Of a DNA stretch of 64,000 bases, positions 40,912 to 52,908 are shown one piece after another. Below the pieces are notes generated by a model. That model worked only from the letters and a program-made list of their open reading frames with translations. It was not told the DNA's origin and did no database searches. The position numbers were made by a program, and so were the translations under genes. Each line of letters opens with the position of its first letter. The stretch's first letter is position 1. Source of the DNA: Leptolyngbyaceae cyanobacterium (GTDB lineage Bacteria > Cyanobacteriota > Cyanobacteriia > Phormidesmidales > Phormidesmidaceae); assembly GCA_965263355.1 (NCBI GenBank), contig CBDHHL010000032.1, positions 1,312,001 to 1,376,000 of the forward strand. Direction: 5' to 3'.

Positions 40912-42528
40912 TTAATTTGCCTCGGGTAGTGGTTTAACCCGTCTGCCCCTAGGGAGTTCTACAAAGATGTCATAGCGAAGGCTGCGCTCGTTTTGAACTC
41001 GGGTAGTTATGCCAATACTTTTAATGGCTGAAATCGCAGGTGCATCAGGCAGTTTGGGAAAGGGCAGTATGCCTTGCAAGTCGTCCAGTTGTTCCATGTC
41101 TAGAAAGAAGTAGCCATTGTTATCTGACGGCGAGATGTCTAAAAGGGTCTGAAAGGCGCGATTGGACTGGAGGGGTTTAGTTGGGCGTGGTGCGATCGCA
41201 TCCAGTACATCTGACCCCATGCCAAAAAAGGTAACGTTTTGATCTAGCCAGCCATGCCCCATGGCAATCCCACCATAGTGAGACACCAACTGATTGACAG
41301 GCTGAGATGCGACCTCGTTGGACTCTAAATCAAAGCTAAAGCGACTGATCATCACTTCGTTTAACTCCGCCCACGTCGCTTCGGCTGCCTTGCGATCGGC
41401 CACCTCCGCCACCAGAGCCAGTTGCCCCATAGGGATAGCCGATTCGCTCGTCTTACTTGGGGGTAATAAACCAAAGGCCACGTCACCTGAGAGCCAAGGT
41501 AAAACATCATTGGCAAAATCCAAGCCTGTTTGAGTCTTGAGCCCCTTGACCAGGGAGTCCACAGAAATAGGCAACAGGGTATTTAATCGCTCAGCACTCT
41601 CCAGGGCTTGCCAAAGCGGCCCAATATTAGCAGTGGATAGCAGCAGCACAGTGGAGTCAGGCAAACGCTGGGGTGCCAACGACTGGGTGTTGGTCATATC
41701 CCGATACACGGGCTCGTCCTCAGGCCCTAACCAGGTTGAGGCTTCAATCTCTAGCCCATTGGGTAAAGTATTTGCGGCGGCCACTAAACCATTGATCCCA
41801 GGCAGGCTATCACTCTCCGCCAACGCTGTAGCCGCCACGGGCACATTCACATATAGCTGCATAAGTGCCGAGGGCATTTTCAACTGCTTGAAGGCACGCA
41901 GATAGGCATCGTTATCAAGCATCGACACGCTACCCTCAAAGCTATCGATCACCGCCTCAATGCTTTTAGTGCCTGAGGCTAGCACCAACCATTTATTGCC
42001 TAAGACGCTACTCTCAAAGGTTTCACCCCGAGCTGTTTCGATGGACTGGATGCCAACCCCCTTGTAATCACGCCCCACCCAAGTAGTACCTTCTTGGGGA
42101 GTGGCCATCAATTCCTGGGCCTTGGCTGGATCAGCAATGGGTACCACTAGGACCATTTCTGTGGCTGCTTGCCCGCTGCTTGGCAAAAAAGCAACGGTTA
42201 CTTGCTCGCCAATCCAGGGCTGAATATCAGTCTTAAAGCGATAACCATTAGCGCTGATAATGCGATCGCGCCACGTGGCCAGCCACCGATCCAAAAATCT
42301 TTGAGACTCTGGTGTACCTAGCTGACGCAAACGGTTCCACTGATTTTCATCCGTAGTCAGGGTCAGGGTCACCAATGCATCATCTGGCACCAATTCCATG
42401 CCAGCCGGGAACTTCACCCCAGCTGAAAGTCGCTGAATAATGCCAAAATAGGCGGCTGCACCGCCAAGTACCAATAAGAATGCTGTGCTAATGGTGACCA
42501 GCAGGGGGGGCCGTTGCTTGAGAACCAT
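40912..42528 (-). CDS. DUF3352 domain protein
   Basis: N-terminal transmembrane helix; DIQPWIG.QVT.A and DVLPWL.G..A repeats. Confidence 0.78.
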   Translation of the reverse strand: MVLKQRPPLLVTISTAFLLVLGGAAAYFGIIQRLSAGVKFPAGMELVPDDALVTLTLTTDENQWNRLRQLGTPESQRFLDRWLATWRDRIISANGYRFKTDIQPWIGEQVTVAFLPSSGQAATEMVLVVPIADPAKAQELMATPQEGTTWVGRDYKGVGIQSIETARGETFESSVLGNKWLVLASGTKSIEAVIDSFEGSVSMLDNDAYLRAFKQLKMPSALMQLYVNVPVAATALAESDSLPGINGLVAAANTLPNGLEIEASTWLGPEDEPVYRDMTNTQSLAPQRLPDSTVLLLSTANIGPLWQALESAERLNTLLPISVDSLVKGLKTQTGLDFANDVLPWLSGDVAFGLLPPSKTSESAIPMGQLALVAEVADRKAAEATWAELNEVMISRFSFDLESNEVASQPVNQLVSHYGGIAMGHGWLDQNVTFFGMGSDVLDAIAPRPTKPLQSNRAFQTLLDISPSDNNGYFFLDMEQLDDLQGILPFPKLPDAPAISAIKSIGITTRVQNERSLRYDIFVELPRGRRVKPLPEAN

Positions 42529-42585
42529 GGGCGCTAGCAGGAGACAACGCTGCTAATCTATCATCGGTTTACCCAAATGGCACAT

Positions 42586-45339
42586 CTATTCAGCCTCGCT
42601 ACTAGTGCTTTTTTTACGCTGGGTTGTGGATTTTTTGGCCGCTGCTGTACTGCTTTTCTTAGCAGTACTAGCCTTCTTAGTTGTGGTCTTTTTAGCCGTA
42701 GATTTAGCTGTCGACTTTTTGGCCGTTGTTTTTTTAGCCGTCGACTTTTTGGCCGTTGTTTTTTTACGGGTTGTCTTTTTCTTGGTAGCGGCCTTGGCCG
42801 CAATAATTTCTAAGGCTTCCTCCAGGGTGACATCCTCAACCTGCTTGCCCTCGGGCAATGAAGCATTGACCTTTTCGTACTTGATGTATGGGCCATAGGG
42901 GCCATCATAAATATTGATAGGTTCTTCAGAGTCAGGATGCTTACCCAACTCCCGCAACGGTTTAGCCGCTTTACGCCCCCGACCCCGTTTTGGCTGTGCC
43001 AGTAGCTCTAGCGCCCGCTCCAAAGTAACCGTCAGGACATCATCGTCTCCTTTCAAAGACCGATAATCCTTACCGTCTTTACCTTGGTCATGGACAACGT
43101 AGGGCCCAAACCGTCCTAGACTAGCTTTAATTTTTGCCTCCGTTTCTGGATGTAGCCCTAGCAAACGAGGCAACGATAGCAGCCCCACAGCCATTTCCAA
43201 ATCCACCGATTCGCGGGTCACCCCCTTGGGCAACGATACTTGCTTGGGCTTCGGGTTTTCCTCTGTCTTGTCCCCCAACCGAACATAGGGACCATAGGGA
43301 CCAATTAAGGCATATATAGGTTCGCCAGTTTCAGGATGCAAACCCAATTTTTCAGGGCCCTCGGTCTTTTGTTTGAGTAATACCTGCACCTGAGCATCGT
43401 TCAAATCCGCCGGGCTGACATCCAGCGGAATGGAGGCACGAACAGTTTCGCTTTCACTGTCCTCCTCCTCACTGACGGCCTCAATGTAGGGGCCATATTT
43501 ACCAATGCGCACCTTGGCACTAAGGTCCGATAGGTCAACCGTGCGTGCTTCTGTGGGATCAATCTGACTCTCTCGGGCTTCTACCTGCCCCGCTAATCCC
43601 TCTTCACCGGAGTAAAACCCCTTGAGGTAGGGCAGCCAATCGGCTTCTCCCGTAGAGATTTCGTCCAGGGTCTGCTCCATTCGAGCCGTAAATTTGACAT
43701 CGACCAAATCTGGAAAGTGCTTATCTAGCAGTTCGGTCACAGCAAATGCCGTAAACGTCGGCATTAAACTGTTATTCAGTGGATGCACATAGCCGCGGTC
43801 GATAATAGTCCCAATCACAGATGCATAGGTACTGGGCCGACCAATGCCTTCTTTTTCAAGGGTCTTAACCAACGTCGCTTCTGTGTAACGAGCAGGGGGC
43901 TTAGTTTCATGCCCAATGGCCTCCAGCTCCTTACAGGTAGGGTGATCCCCTTGCTTAAGCGGTGGTAGAGTCACTTCACGATCCTCCAAAGCGGCATTCG
44001 GATCGTCTGAACCTTCCACATAGGCTCGGAAAAAGCCGGGAAAATCAATCCGCTTACCCGTGGCCTTAAAGATCGCATCATCCACTTCAATGCTGACCGT
44101 GATATGGGTTTGGCGTGCATTGGCCATTTGGCAAGCCACCGTACGCTTCCAAATCAAGTCATAGAGGCTGCGCTCACGATCCTTCAAACCAGTTTCCTGG
44201 GGGGTACGAAACGTATTCCCGGCTGGACGAATTGCTTCATGGGCTTCTTGAGCGCCCTTGCTCTTAGTCGCGTACTGGCGAGGTTTAGGACTGAGGTATT
44301 CCTTGCCATACTTTTGCTCTACACAGGCCCGAGCGGCTGTAATCGCCTGTTGTGACAGGTTGACCGAGTCCGTCCGCATGTAGGTGATAAACCCTTTCTC
44401 ATAGAGGGACTGGGCCGTGCGCATGGTGTCACGGGCCGATAGGCGCAGCTTACGATTGGATTCTTGCTGCAGGGTAGAGGTGGTAAACGGGGGAGCAGGT
44501 TTAGGATTCGAAGACCGTTCCTCTAGATTGGACACCGTCCAAACACTGGCTTCTAAGCGCTGCTTTAATGCCTGGGTCTGGGCTTCATCCAACAACACCA
44601 CATTGCGACCAGCGGCAATTTGTCCCGTATTTTCGTCAAAATCACTACCGGTGGCAACACGGGTCCCTCCCAGACTAATCAGCTTGGCCTCAAAAGGACT
44701 GTCACCCTTTTCCAAAGTAGCTTTGAGGTCCCAGTAAGTCCCTTGTTTAAAGGCTCTGCGATCGCGCTCCCGTTCCACTAGCAGTTTTACCGCCACGGAC
44801 TGCACACGCCCCGCTGACAGCCCCCAAGCAATTTTTTTCCAGAGCAGTGGGGACAGGGTATAGCCCACTAATCGATCCAGAATGCGTCGAGTTTCCTGGG
44901 CTCGCACCAGCTGATCATCAATATCGCGACAGCTGTCCAACGCCTCCCGAATAGCCTCTTCAGTGATTTCATGGAACACCATGCGCTTGGTGGGGACTTT
45001 CGGCTTCAGCAACTGGAGTAGATGCCAGCTAATACTTTCACCTTCCCGGTCTTCGTCAGTAGCCAGGACGAGTTCGTCGACTCCCTTCAAGGCATCCTTC
45101 AGCGCCTTGACCACCTTTTTTTTGTCCTTGGGCACCAAATAAAGGGGCTCAAAGTCCGCTTCCACATTAACCCCAAGCTGTGCCCACTTCTCACCCTTGA
45201 CACTGGCCGGAATTTCGCTGGCCGACTTAGGTAAATCGCGCACATGCCCCATTGAGGCTTCAACACGGTAGTCTTTGGGCAAATAATTGCGGATCGTTTT
45301 TGCCTTTGTGGGTGACTCAACAATGACAAGTGTGGCCAT
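42586..45339 (-). CDS. topA: DNA topoisomerase I
   Basis: [30 protein letters not shown] and ITYMRTDS motifs; C-terminal repeats and Lys-rich tail. Confidence 0.97.
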   Translation of the reverse strand: MATLVIVESPTKAKTIRNYLPKDYRVEASMGHVRDLPKSASEIPASVKGEKWAQLGVNVEADFEPLYLVPKDKKKVVKALKDALKGVDELVLATDEDREGESISWHLLQLLKPKVPTKRMVFHEITEEAIREALDSCRDIDDQLVRAQETRRILDRLVGYTLSPLLWKKIAWGLSAGRVQSVAVKLLVERERDRRAFKQGTYWDLKATLEKGDSPFEAKLISLGGTRVATGSDFDENTGQIAAGRNVVLLDEAQTQALKQRLEASVWTVSNLEERSSNPKPAPPFTTSTLQQESNRKLRLSARDTMRTAQSLYEKGFITYMRTDSVNLSQQAITAARACVEQKYGKEYLSPKPRQYATKSKGAQEAHEAIRPAGNTFRTPQETGLKDRERSLYDLIWKRTVACQMANARQTHITVSIEVDDAIFKATGKRIDFPGFFRAYVEGSDDPNAALEDREVTLPPLKQGDHPTCKELEAIGHETKPPARYTEATLVKTLEKEGIGRPSTYASVIGTIIDRGYVHPLNNSLMPTFTAFAVTELLDKHFPDLVDVKFTARMEQTLDEISTGEADWLPYLKGFYSGEEGLAGQVEARESQIDPTEARTVDLSDLSAKVRIGKYGPYIEAVSEEEDSESETVRASIPLDVSPADLNDAQVQVLLKQKTEGPEKLGLHPETGEPIYALIGPYGPYVRLGDKTEENPKPKQVSLPKGVTRESVDLEMAVGLLSLPRLLGLHPETEAKIKASLGRFGPYVVHDQGKDGKDYRSLKGDDDVLTVTLERALELLAQPKRGRGRKAAKPLRELGKHPDSEEPINIYDGPYGPYIKYEKVNASLPEGKQVEDVTLEEALEIIAAKAATKKKTTRKKTTAKKSTAKKTTAKKSTAKSTAKKTTTKKASTAKKSSTAAAKKSTTQRKKSTSSEAE

Positions 45340-45960
45340 ACAGCTGAACTGAAAATAATATCGAACTACGCTTAACTGAAACTTGGCCAACGCCCTAGAT
45401 CCCAGGACATTAGCCGAAACCGATTCGTCATAACCAAACGACCTAGCCGCTTGATCACTAGAAAGAATGCCCGCAAGGACAAGAATGACGACGGTTTTTT
45501 ATGGCTAACTATACATAACCATTGCATCCAGCTCAGAATTTATCAAAGGGATGGAGAAAGGTTGAGTAGCAAAAGCCGCACCTGTTAATTACAGAGATTT
45601 TTGCAATAGCCGCCCTTATATATCGATAGATCGAAATGGCGAATTTCGTCCACCTCTAATCTAGAAAAGTCCTTGATTTTCTGACTACTAAGCAGGAAAT
45701 ACCTCGGCTTCATCAGAGCAAAATTTGGACTAGAGCTATTCCCACAGACTAAATTCAGAGACTTTTGCCACCATCTATCAAAGAAATCCAGAAAAATTGA
45801 AAAGAAAGAAGATTCCCTAAAAAGACAGCTTTTTAGGGAATTTGTCTAGATTTCTAGTCATAGAATTTCATCTGATTCAGAAATTTTCCCTGGCTAAACC
45901 ACAAGATGAGCGAGAATACTAAGGTAAGATGCCAAATGGAAATACCCAACCACTGCGCCA

Positions 45961-47538
45961 ATGGATGTTACAAGCCTCGCTGCCCAGTTAAATACAGGCA
46001 CGATTCTGCCTGAATTGATTGTCATTGTGACAATTCTAGTGATTTTGGCAGGTGATTTAATTGTCGGACGCACAGCGTCATCACGCTGGGTTCCCTACGC
46101 GGCCATTGGCGGCTGCTTAGCTGCCGTTGCGGCCCTAGCACTGCAATGGGATACGAGTAATCCCATTGCATTTTTTGGTGAATTTAACAGCGATGACCTC
46201 AGCATCGTCTTTCGCGGCATTATCGTGCTGTCGGCAGCGGTGACCGTGCCCATGTCAATTCGCTATGTGGAACAGTCGGGCACTGCTCTAGCGGAGTTTT
46301 TAGGAATCTTATTAACCGCTACCCTGGGGGGCATGTTCTTGGCGGGGGCCAATGAACTGGTCACCATTTTTGTCTCCCTGGAAACACTAAGTATTTCCTC
46401 ATATCTGCTGACCGGTTACATGAAGCGCGATCCCCGCTCTAATGAAGCCGCTCTTAAGTATTTGCTGATTGGAGCAGCTAGTTCAGCCATCTTCTTATAT
46501 GGCATTTCGCTACTGTATGGTCTGTCCGGTGGGGAGACCAGGCTGAGTGCGATCGCAAGTAACCTGGCCACTGATACTAGTGACAGCTCCATTGGTCTTG
46601 TCATCGCCCTAGTGTTTGTCATTGCAGGCATTGCCTTTAAGATTGCCGCTGTTCCCTTCCATCAGTGGACTCCCGATGTCTACGAGGGATCGCCTACGCC
46701 CGTGGTAGCCTTTTTATCCGTTGGTTCCAAAGCGGCTGGTTTTGCCCTGGCTATTCGCCTACTGGTCAGTACATTTCCTTTGGTGGCCGACGAGTGGCGC
46801 TTTGTATTCACCGCCCTGGCCATTCTCAGCATGGTCTTAGGTAACGTAGTCGCCTTAGCCCAAACCAGCATGAAGCGCATGTTGGCCTACTCTTCCATTG
46901 GTCAGGCAGGCTTTATGATGATTGGCTTGGTAATTGGCACTGATGCTGGTTATGCCAGCATGATTTTCTACCTGATGGTATATCTATTCATGAACCTGGG
47001 CGGTTTCACCTGCGTGATTCTTTTCTCTTTGCGCACAGGTACCGACCAAATTAGTGAATACGCTGGACTGTACCAAAAGGATCCGCTATTGACCTTATGT
47101 TTATGCCTCTGTCTGCTGTCCCTTGGTGGAATTCCTCCCCTGGCAGGCTTCTTTGGTAAGCTCTACATTTTCTGGGCGGGTTGGCAAGCTGGAGCATACA
47201 ACCTGGTATTGATTGGCTTAATCACCAGCGTTATTTCCATCTATTACTACATCCGCGTAGTCAAAATGATGGTGGTCAAGGAGCCTCAGGAAATGTCCGA
47301 ATCGATCAAAAACTACCCAGCCCTACGGTGGGATTTGCCAGGTATGCGCCCCCTGCAGGTCAGTCTAGTGATAGCGGTTGTGGCGACATCCTTGGCAGGA
47401 GTGTTATCCAATCCACTCTTTACCCTGGCCAATGATTCCGTCATCAAGACTCCCCTACTGCAAGCTGCCAGCAATGATGTTCCTGCTAATCAGCCTACTG
47501 TCGCAGTCATCCTACCTGAACCAACCACGGGTAATTGA
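45961..47538 (+). CDS. ndhB: NDH-1 subunit 2 (NdhB/NuoN)
   Basis: [31 protein letters not shown] and [11 protein letters not shown] motifs. Confidence 0.96.
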   Translation: MDVTSLAAQLNTGTILPELIVIVTILVILAGDLIVGRTASSRWVPYAAIGGCLAAVAALALQWDTSNPIAFFGEFNSDDLSIVFRGIIVLSAAVTVPMSIRYVEQSGTALAEFLGILLTATLGGMFLAGANELVTIFVSLETLSISSYLLTGYMKRDPRSNEAALKYLLIGAASSAIFLYGISLLYGLSGGETRLSAIASNLATDTSDSSIGLVIALVFVIAGIAFKIAAVPFHQWTPDVYEGSPTPVVAFLSVGSKAAGFALAIRLLVSTFPLVADEWRFVFTALAILSMVLGNVVALAQTSMKRMLAYSSIGQAGFMMIGLVIGTDAGYASMIFYLMVYLFMNLGGFTCVILFSLRTGTDQISEYAGLYQKDPLLTLCLCLCLLSLGGIPPLAGFFGKLYIFWAGWQAGAYNLVLIGLITSVISIYYYIRVVKMMVVKEPQEMSESIKNYPALRWDLPGMRPLQVSLVIAVVATSLAGVLSNPLFTLANDSVIKTPLLQAASNDVPANQPTVAVILPEPTTGN

Positions 47539-47540
47539 AC

Positions 47541-50330
47541 TCAATCCATAACGTTATTGAGCTGATGCATCGGAAACATCACCGAGCTACGAACTCGATT
47601 ATCGTTTAGCTTTTCAAGGATAAATTCTCCTCCTAAGCGCATCATCAGAGAGCGACAAATCGCCAGGTTGAGTCCAGGTGGATGCTCTAATGGCAAGTCT
47701 GCCAAATGATCTTGCCGATAGCCTTGGGCCAGGGCATCGATGATTGCATCATCCATATCTCCATCGTCTGTAATCGATAACTCTATCCATTGCTGTTCTA
47801 GGGGACGACTCCAAATATCCACCCGTCCTTGGGCAGGAGAACGCCGACAAGCTGCTGAAATCAGCTCGTAAAGAATAAACTCAATCTTCTGCATCTCGCC
47901 CTGGAGGGCCAAGTTGCTATCACAATGCACCTGGGTCCAAAGCTGCTTCTTTTGTACCTGGGTTTGAACCCGCTTCATCAATCGATTAAGCAAACCAATT
48001 AGAGGAACCTTACGAGGATCAGATGCCATTGCCCATCGCTCTCGGCTTGTCAACCGAATTAGCTCCTTTTCCATGCTGGCCAAACGGTTTTCGATTGCAT
48101 GGAAATAAGGCTGGTTCCCGACATCAGGCAATTGCTTCAAATTGGTTAGTTGGCGTCGAGACTCTCGCACCTGGCGTCGAATATCATCCATATGATGATG
48201 CTTATACCAGTTCAGTTCCGTCAGCTTATTTTTCTGATCATATAAACGACTCGTCAACAATAAATGACGACGGCACCAGGCTAACTGGTGTACTAACACA
48301 GCCAACATACTCATCTGCTGGTCGGAAAAGCGACGATCCCCTTGATCCGCCAGCACAATGGCACCATTAAGCGTATGCTCAGGGGATGTTCTCAAGGCCA
48401 CCACCAGCAGTTGGGCTTGGGCCGGGCAACGCAGCCATTGACGGGTAACATCAGGCAGGTCTTCAAACTCCAGTTGAATCACACCATCGGTCTGAATGGC
48501 CCAATTAATGACAGCATCGCTCTCTACCAAAATCGGTGGATTGACCTTAGCCGCAAACTGCTGATCTCGAATAACAGTAGATGCCAATCGCGCTTCTTTT
48601 TGACCATTTTCCCAAACGATCATGGCCACCAACGGCAGTCGTAATAGCTGACTAATGTGATGGGTGGCGGCCTTTTCTAGCTGATCCACATCAAACGTAC
48701 GTTGCAGGTTACGTACGCCCCACTGCATCGTGTCGTGCATTTGAGATTGCTGCTGGGCCTGACGCTGTAACGACCACTGATGCAACACCAAACCAATCTG
48801 ACGCCCCACCGATTGCAACAAGTCCTGGTCTGTTTGGTTCCAGCGTCGACTACTGCTATCAGTCACCACCAGCACCCCTTCTGGGGCTTTACCCGGCGAT
48901 AGGTTACAGGCCATTACCGCCTGCATCCCCATCTGTGAAAACTGAGGATGCCATGCCCGTAGCTTCAGATCGTCATCTAAGTTTTCAATACAAACTGGAA
49001 CCGCCTGCCGCGTTAATAGTTGCCAATCAATATCGTGCAACGAGCGCCACAGGCCATGGGTATGCTTGCTCTGGGTACCGTGGTGCTGATACCCCACCTC
49101 AAAGCCACCACATTCTGGATCAGGAATCAGCACCAACAAGCCGTCGATTTCGAGGGCGGCAATCAGCTGTTCTCCACATTGGGCCATGACTGATTGCCAA
49201 TCGCGATCGCCATGAATACTTTGGGCGATTCCCACTGATAGCTGATGATTCGCCTCTAAATTAGCCACCTGTTCCTGCAAAACTGAGGTTGGCATCCCTA
49301 GACTGACCACCTGCGCTGCCGCCGTCAAATATCGTTTTTCTGGTACACTCCACTGCCGAGGTTGGGAAGCTTCCACCACCAAAAAGCCCAGTAAATCCCC
49401 TTGCATCGAAATCGGTGCCACCATTAACGAGGGTTTTTCAAACGCCTGCTTTAGAGATTCAGTCACCGCTTCGGGATGGGAGTCATTGTCTTCCCCAATG
49501 ACAATGACGTCACCACAGGACAATGTCTGATAGACCTCCTGGTAACCGCTGGCGGACAGTTGTGTTATAGCTGGCTGCTGAGTCGTATAAGCATGGCGAT
49601 TGTGGCCACCGTTCGCCACCCGATGCCAGAAAAAGCGCTCCTGGGGTTCAAACCAATACCCACGGGTACGACTAGGCCCAACAAATCGATGGGTAGCATC
49701 GACCACGGCCTGCAGCCTGGGGTCTAACTCTTGAATGGTTTCTAACTTAGTCAAAAGCTGAAAAAATGGCTGAGAAGGCCGTTTTTCTAGTTGCTTCTGA
49801 TAGTCTTGCAAGTATCGATGGAGGATGGTTGCTAGGGTAGTAACTAAGATAGAGAACGTCTTTTTTTGCACACCAGACTTTAAAGACGCCCCACGACGAC
49901 TTGCCGCCAACAACAAAATTCCTAAACATTCATCCTGACGCTGAATCGGAAAAACCAGGGCATCGTGTATGCTCAGCCGCTTAGCAATGGCTTTCCATTC
50001 CCCTGCCCGATAGGACTCTTGTAGGTCATAAACAGCCGCTGGTGCGCCCCGTTCAATTACCTGCTGCAGTGCATCATCAGGCTGAAGCTTTATTTTTTGC
50101 CATAAAAAACTTTTGTCGCCATTCAAAAAGGCGGCTTGAGTCTTCAAACTCTGATCGTCTGCATCGTATAAACCAATCCAACAAAGTTCATGGGGATACA
50201 GCTGCTGCATATAAACAGCCATTTCAGCTAGCTGGTCGTCAACTGTATCCTGTTCCCACACGGTCTTAAGAACTTGGCCCAAATTAGCCAAATGTTGTTC
50301 ACACGTCGCTGGGGGTAAGGGGCTGACCAT
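47541..50330 (-). CDS. Multi-GAF protein with a degenerate histidine-kinase-like ATPase domain
   Basis: Several GAF-type segments; C-terminal ELSITDDG and GLNLAIC boxes. Confidence 0.75.
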   Translation of the reverse strand: MVSPLPPATCEQHLANLGQVLKTVWEQDTVDDQLAEMAVYMQQLYPHELCWIGLYDADDQSLKTQAAFLNGDKSFLWQKIKLQPDDALQQVIERGAPAAVYDLQESYRAGEWKAIAKRLSIHDALVFPIQRQDECLGILLLAASRRGASLKSGVQKKTFSILVTTLATILHRYLQDYQKQLEKRPSQPFFQLLTKLETIQELDPRLQAVVDATHRFVGPSRTRGYWFEPQERFFWHRVANGGHNRHAYTTQQPAITQLSASGYQEVYQTLSCGDVIVIGEDNDSHPEAVTESLKQAFEKPSLMVAPISMQGDLLGFLVVEASQPRQWSVPEKRYLTAAAQVVSLGMPTSVLQEQVANLEANHQLSVGIAQSIHGDRDWQSVMAQCGEQLIAALEIDGLLVLIPDPECGGFEVGYQHHGTQSKHTHGLWRSLHDIDWQLLTRQAVPVCIENLDDDLKLRAWHPQFSQMGMQAVMACNLSPGKAPEGVLVVTDSSSRRWNQTDQDLLQSVGRQIGLVLHQWSLQRQAQQQSQMHDTMQWGVRNLQRTFDVDQLEKAATHHISQLLRLPLVAMIVWENGQKEARLASTVIRDQQFAAKVNPPILVESDAVINWAIQTDGVIQLEFEDLPDVTRQWLRCPAQAQLLVVALRTSPEHTLNGAIVLADQGDRRFSDQQMSMLAVLVHQLAWCRRHLLLTSRLYDQKNKLTELNWYKHHHMDDIRRQVRESRRQLTNLKQLPDVGNQPYFHAIENRLASMEKELIRLTSRERWAMASDPRKVPLIGLLNRLMKRVQTQVQKKQLWTQVHCDSNLALQGEMQKIEFILYELISAACRRSPAQGRVDIWSRPLEQQWIELSITDDGDMDDAIIDALAQGYRQDHLADLPLEHPPGLNLAICRSLMMRLGGEFILEKLNDNRVRSSVMFPMHQLNNVMD

Positions 50331-50498
50331 AGAAACTCGGATTTAGTGCTTTTTATCCTAACGACTAAAAGTCAAAAATTAAATACATATGTCTTATATA
50401 GCAACTATTATCTCCAATAGCTGCTAACTCTAAATCAAATGCGCCTAGCTGCTCAAATTCAACGATATAATCCACAGGTTTGTTAAAAGAAGTCATTT

Positions 50499-51665
50499 GT
50501 GTTGCAAGACGTATACAAATTTAGCTTGTTACCCTTGCTATTCCAACGTGCTCAGGCTGATCCAGAAATAGTCCATCAGCATGTTCTAAAGACCCTTGCT
50601 TGGATAGCCCAACCGCCTAAGACTGCGCCCTATTGGAGCCAACCTATGCGCCGCTTTGCCCAAGCCTGGTGTGAACGTAGCTGCCAGATGGTATCACCTC
50701 GTCTCAGGCAGTGGCTATGGCGGCAATCTTTTGCCAATCCTCTGGGTTTGGCCGCTGGCTTTGACAAAGATGGCTTAGCAGCTGCTTGTTGGCCGCTCAT
50801 GGGATTTGGGTTTGCGGAGCTGGGTACGGTTACCTGCCATGGTCAACCAGGTAATGATAAACCCCGCTTGTTTCGTTTACCCCAGGACCAAGCAGCGCTT
50901 AACCGTATGGGGTTTAATAATCAGGGCTCGGCAGCACTGGCTGATCGGTTGAACAACCTGCCTATGATAGCTGAGTACCCCAGGGGAATTAATTTAGGTA
51001 AGTCTAAGGTAACCCCCCTGACAGAAGCAGCGGCTGATTATTTGCAAAGCTTCCAACGGTTAAAAGGCTTGGGTAATTATTTTGTGGTGAATGTATCATC
51101 ACCAAATACACCGGGGTTGCGATCGCTTCAGGCCAAATCCCAACTCGAACCGATTCTCGCCACCCTACAAGCCGCCAATACCGAGCAAAAACCACTGCTG
51201 ATTAAAATCGCCCCAGATCTAGCCTGGGAAGACATCGACGACATTTTAGAACTAGCCCAGCAACATCGTCTGGCAGGCATAATTGCCACCAATACCACCA
51301 TTACCAAAGAGCAGTTGGTCACCAAGCATTTAGACAAAACAGGAAACCTAGTTGTCGATGAAGCTGGCGGTATTAGCGGTGCCCCCGTACGACAACGATC
51401 AACAGACGTGATTCGATACATTTACCAAAAGACCCATGGACAGTTACCCATTATTGGCGTAGGCGGCATCTTCACCGCTGATGACGCCTGGGAAAAAATC
51501 ACCGCAGGCGCATCCCTATTACAGATCTACACCGGTTGGATGTATGAAGGCCCATGGATAGTCAAAAATATTTTGAAGGGTTTGCTCCAAAAGCTCGACG
51601 AACAAGGGTTAAATAATATCCAGGAAGCCATTGGATTAGCCACCGATCCCCCCAACGTAGGGTGA
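50499..51665 (+). CDS. pyrD: Quinone-dependent dihydroorotate dehydrogenase
   Basis: [25 protein letters not shown] and IATNTT motifs. Confidence 0.96.
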   Translation: MLQDVYKFSLLPLLFQRAQADPEIVHQHVLKTLAWIAQPPKTAPYWSQPMRRFAQAWCERSCQMVSPRLRQWLWRQSFANPLGLAAGFDKDGLAAACWPLMGFGFAELGTVTCHGQPGNDKPRLFRLPQDQAALNRMGFNNQGSAALADRLNNLPMIAEYPRGINLGKSKVTPLTEAAADYLQSFQRLKGLGNYFVVNVSSPNTPGLRSLQAKSQLEPILATLQAANTEQKPLLIKIAPDLAWEDIDDILELAQQHRLAGIIATNTTITKEQLVTKHLDKTGNLVVDEAGGISGAPVRQRSTDVIRYIYQKTHGQLPIIGVGGIFTADDAWEKITAGASLLQIYTGWMYEGPWIVKNILKGLLQKLDEQGLNNIQEAIGLATDPPNVG

Positions 51666-51881
51666 GTTGAGACACTAAACCCAACAATGCCAATACCCCA
51701 ACCCCAAATCCATGGGTCAAAATTTCCCATGGGTCATATGCTTAGCTACCGATCCCCCCAACGTAGGTTGGGTTGAGGCACTAAACCCAACAATGCCAAT
51801 ATCTATCCCTCAGATTTGTTGGGTTTCACAAGATTTCTATCCCTTAAATTTGCTAGGTTTCATGAGTTCAACCCAACCTAC
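51636..51881. repeat. REP cluster (GTAGGTTGGGTTGA...AACCCAAC family) with a 60-bp duplication of the pyrD 3' end
   Basis: 51636-51695 is nearly identical to 51742-51801; inverted REP at about 51852-51881; related copy at 29320-29347. Confidence 0.82.
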
Positions 51882-52702
51882 AGGATTTTATCCAATCCGT
51901 ATAACAACGACTTCAAGGGCAATACCTTGCGAATACTCAACAACACACCGGGCATAAAACAGACCCGGTCCATGGCATCATGGCGCAGGGTGTACACCTG
52001 ACCAGGAGCCCCAAACATGATTTCCTGATGGGCCACCAACCCCGGCAACCGTACACTGTGAATATTAATCCCCTCCTCGGTAGTGCCACCCCGTGAGCCC
52101 TTCAGGGTTTCCGTTTCTTCCACCTGGGGAGGATTAAACGACTGCTTTACCTCCTGCAACATTTGCGCAGTTTTAACCGCCGTGCCACTGGGCGCATCTG
52201 CTTTACGATTGTGGTGCAGCTCAATAATTTCCACATGGTCAAAATATTCAGCCGCCCTGAGCGCCGCCTGCTGCATCAAAATCACCCCAATAGCAAAGTT
52301 AGGAATAATCAAACAGCCAATACTCGCCTTCTCAGCAAACTCCGCCAACTCAATAATTTGCTCAGCCGTTAACCCCGTTGTCCCCACGACAGGACGAACA
52401 CCGTAGGCAATCGCCGCCCGTACCTGCTCATAAATTTTGGCCGGGTGAGTCACATCCACCATCACGGCATTGCCCTCACTCTGAGCCATCACCAACGTAG
52501 CTTCCAAGTCATTCGTGACCGGCACTTCCAAAGGGCCACAGCCTGCCAACTCACCGATATCTTGACCAATCGCTTCAGGCTTGCGATCAATGGCACCGAC
52601 TAATTTCATATCGTCAGCCCCAGCAATGGCCTTGACAATTTCACGCCCCATGCGGCCCATAGCACCATTGACCACGACAGGAATTTGGGACTGATCGCTC
52701 AT
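51878..52702 (-). CDS. dapB: 4-hydroxy-tetrahydrodipicolinate reductase
   Basis: GAMGRMG, VVGTTG and [15 protein letters not shown] motifs. Confidence 0.97.
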   Translation of the reverse strand: MSDQSQIPVVVNGAMGRMGREIVKAIAGADDMKLVGAIDRKPEAIGQDIGELAGCGPLEVPVTNDLEATLVMAQSEGNAVMVDVTHPAKIYEQVRAAIAYGVRPVVGTTGLTAEQIIELAEFAEKASIGCLIIPNFAIGVILMQQAALRAAEYFDHVEIIELHHNRKADAPSGTAVKTAQMLQEVKQSFNPPQVEETETLKGSRGGTTEEGINIHSVRLPGLVAHQEIMFGAPGQVYTLRHDAMDRVCFMPGVLLSIRKVLPLKSLLYGLDKIL

Positions 52703-52908
52703 AAGTTTTTTAGGACAGGGTTACAGTCAGATATCTTACAACCGCACTATGTAATTTTGGGGGCTTAGTAATTTTGAGTCCTTAGTTTTGGGTTCAGCGC
52801 TCAGCTAAGTAGGTCAGTTCAATCTACTAAACTTAAAATTCAAAACTCCCGCATAGTAGTTCTTATCGATAATAATAAAACCTGTTCATCACGCTGGAGT
52901 CGAAGCGG

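Noticed and set aside
42561..42898. Several overlapping ORFs at the end of topA
   Set aside because: Shadows of the low-complexity Lys-rich tail
51712..51957. 81-aa ORF repeating LATDPPNVG
   Set aside because: Product of the non-coding pyrD 3'-end/REP duplication
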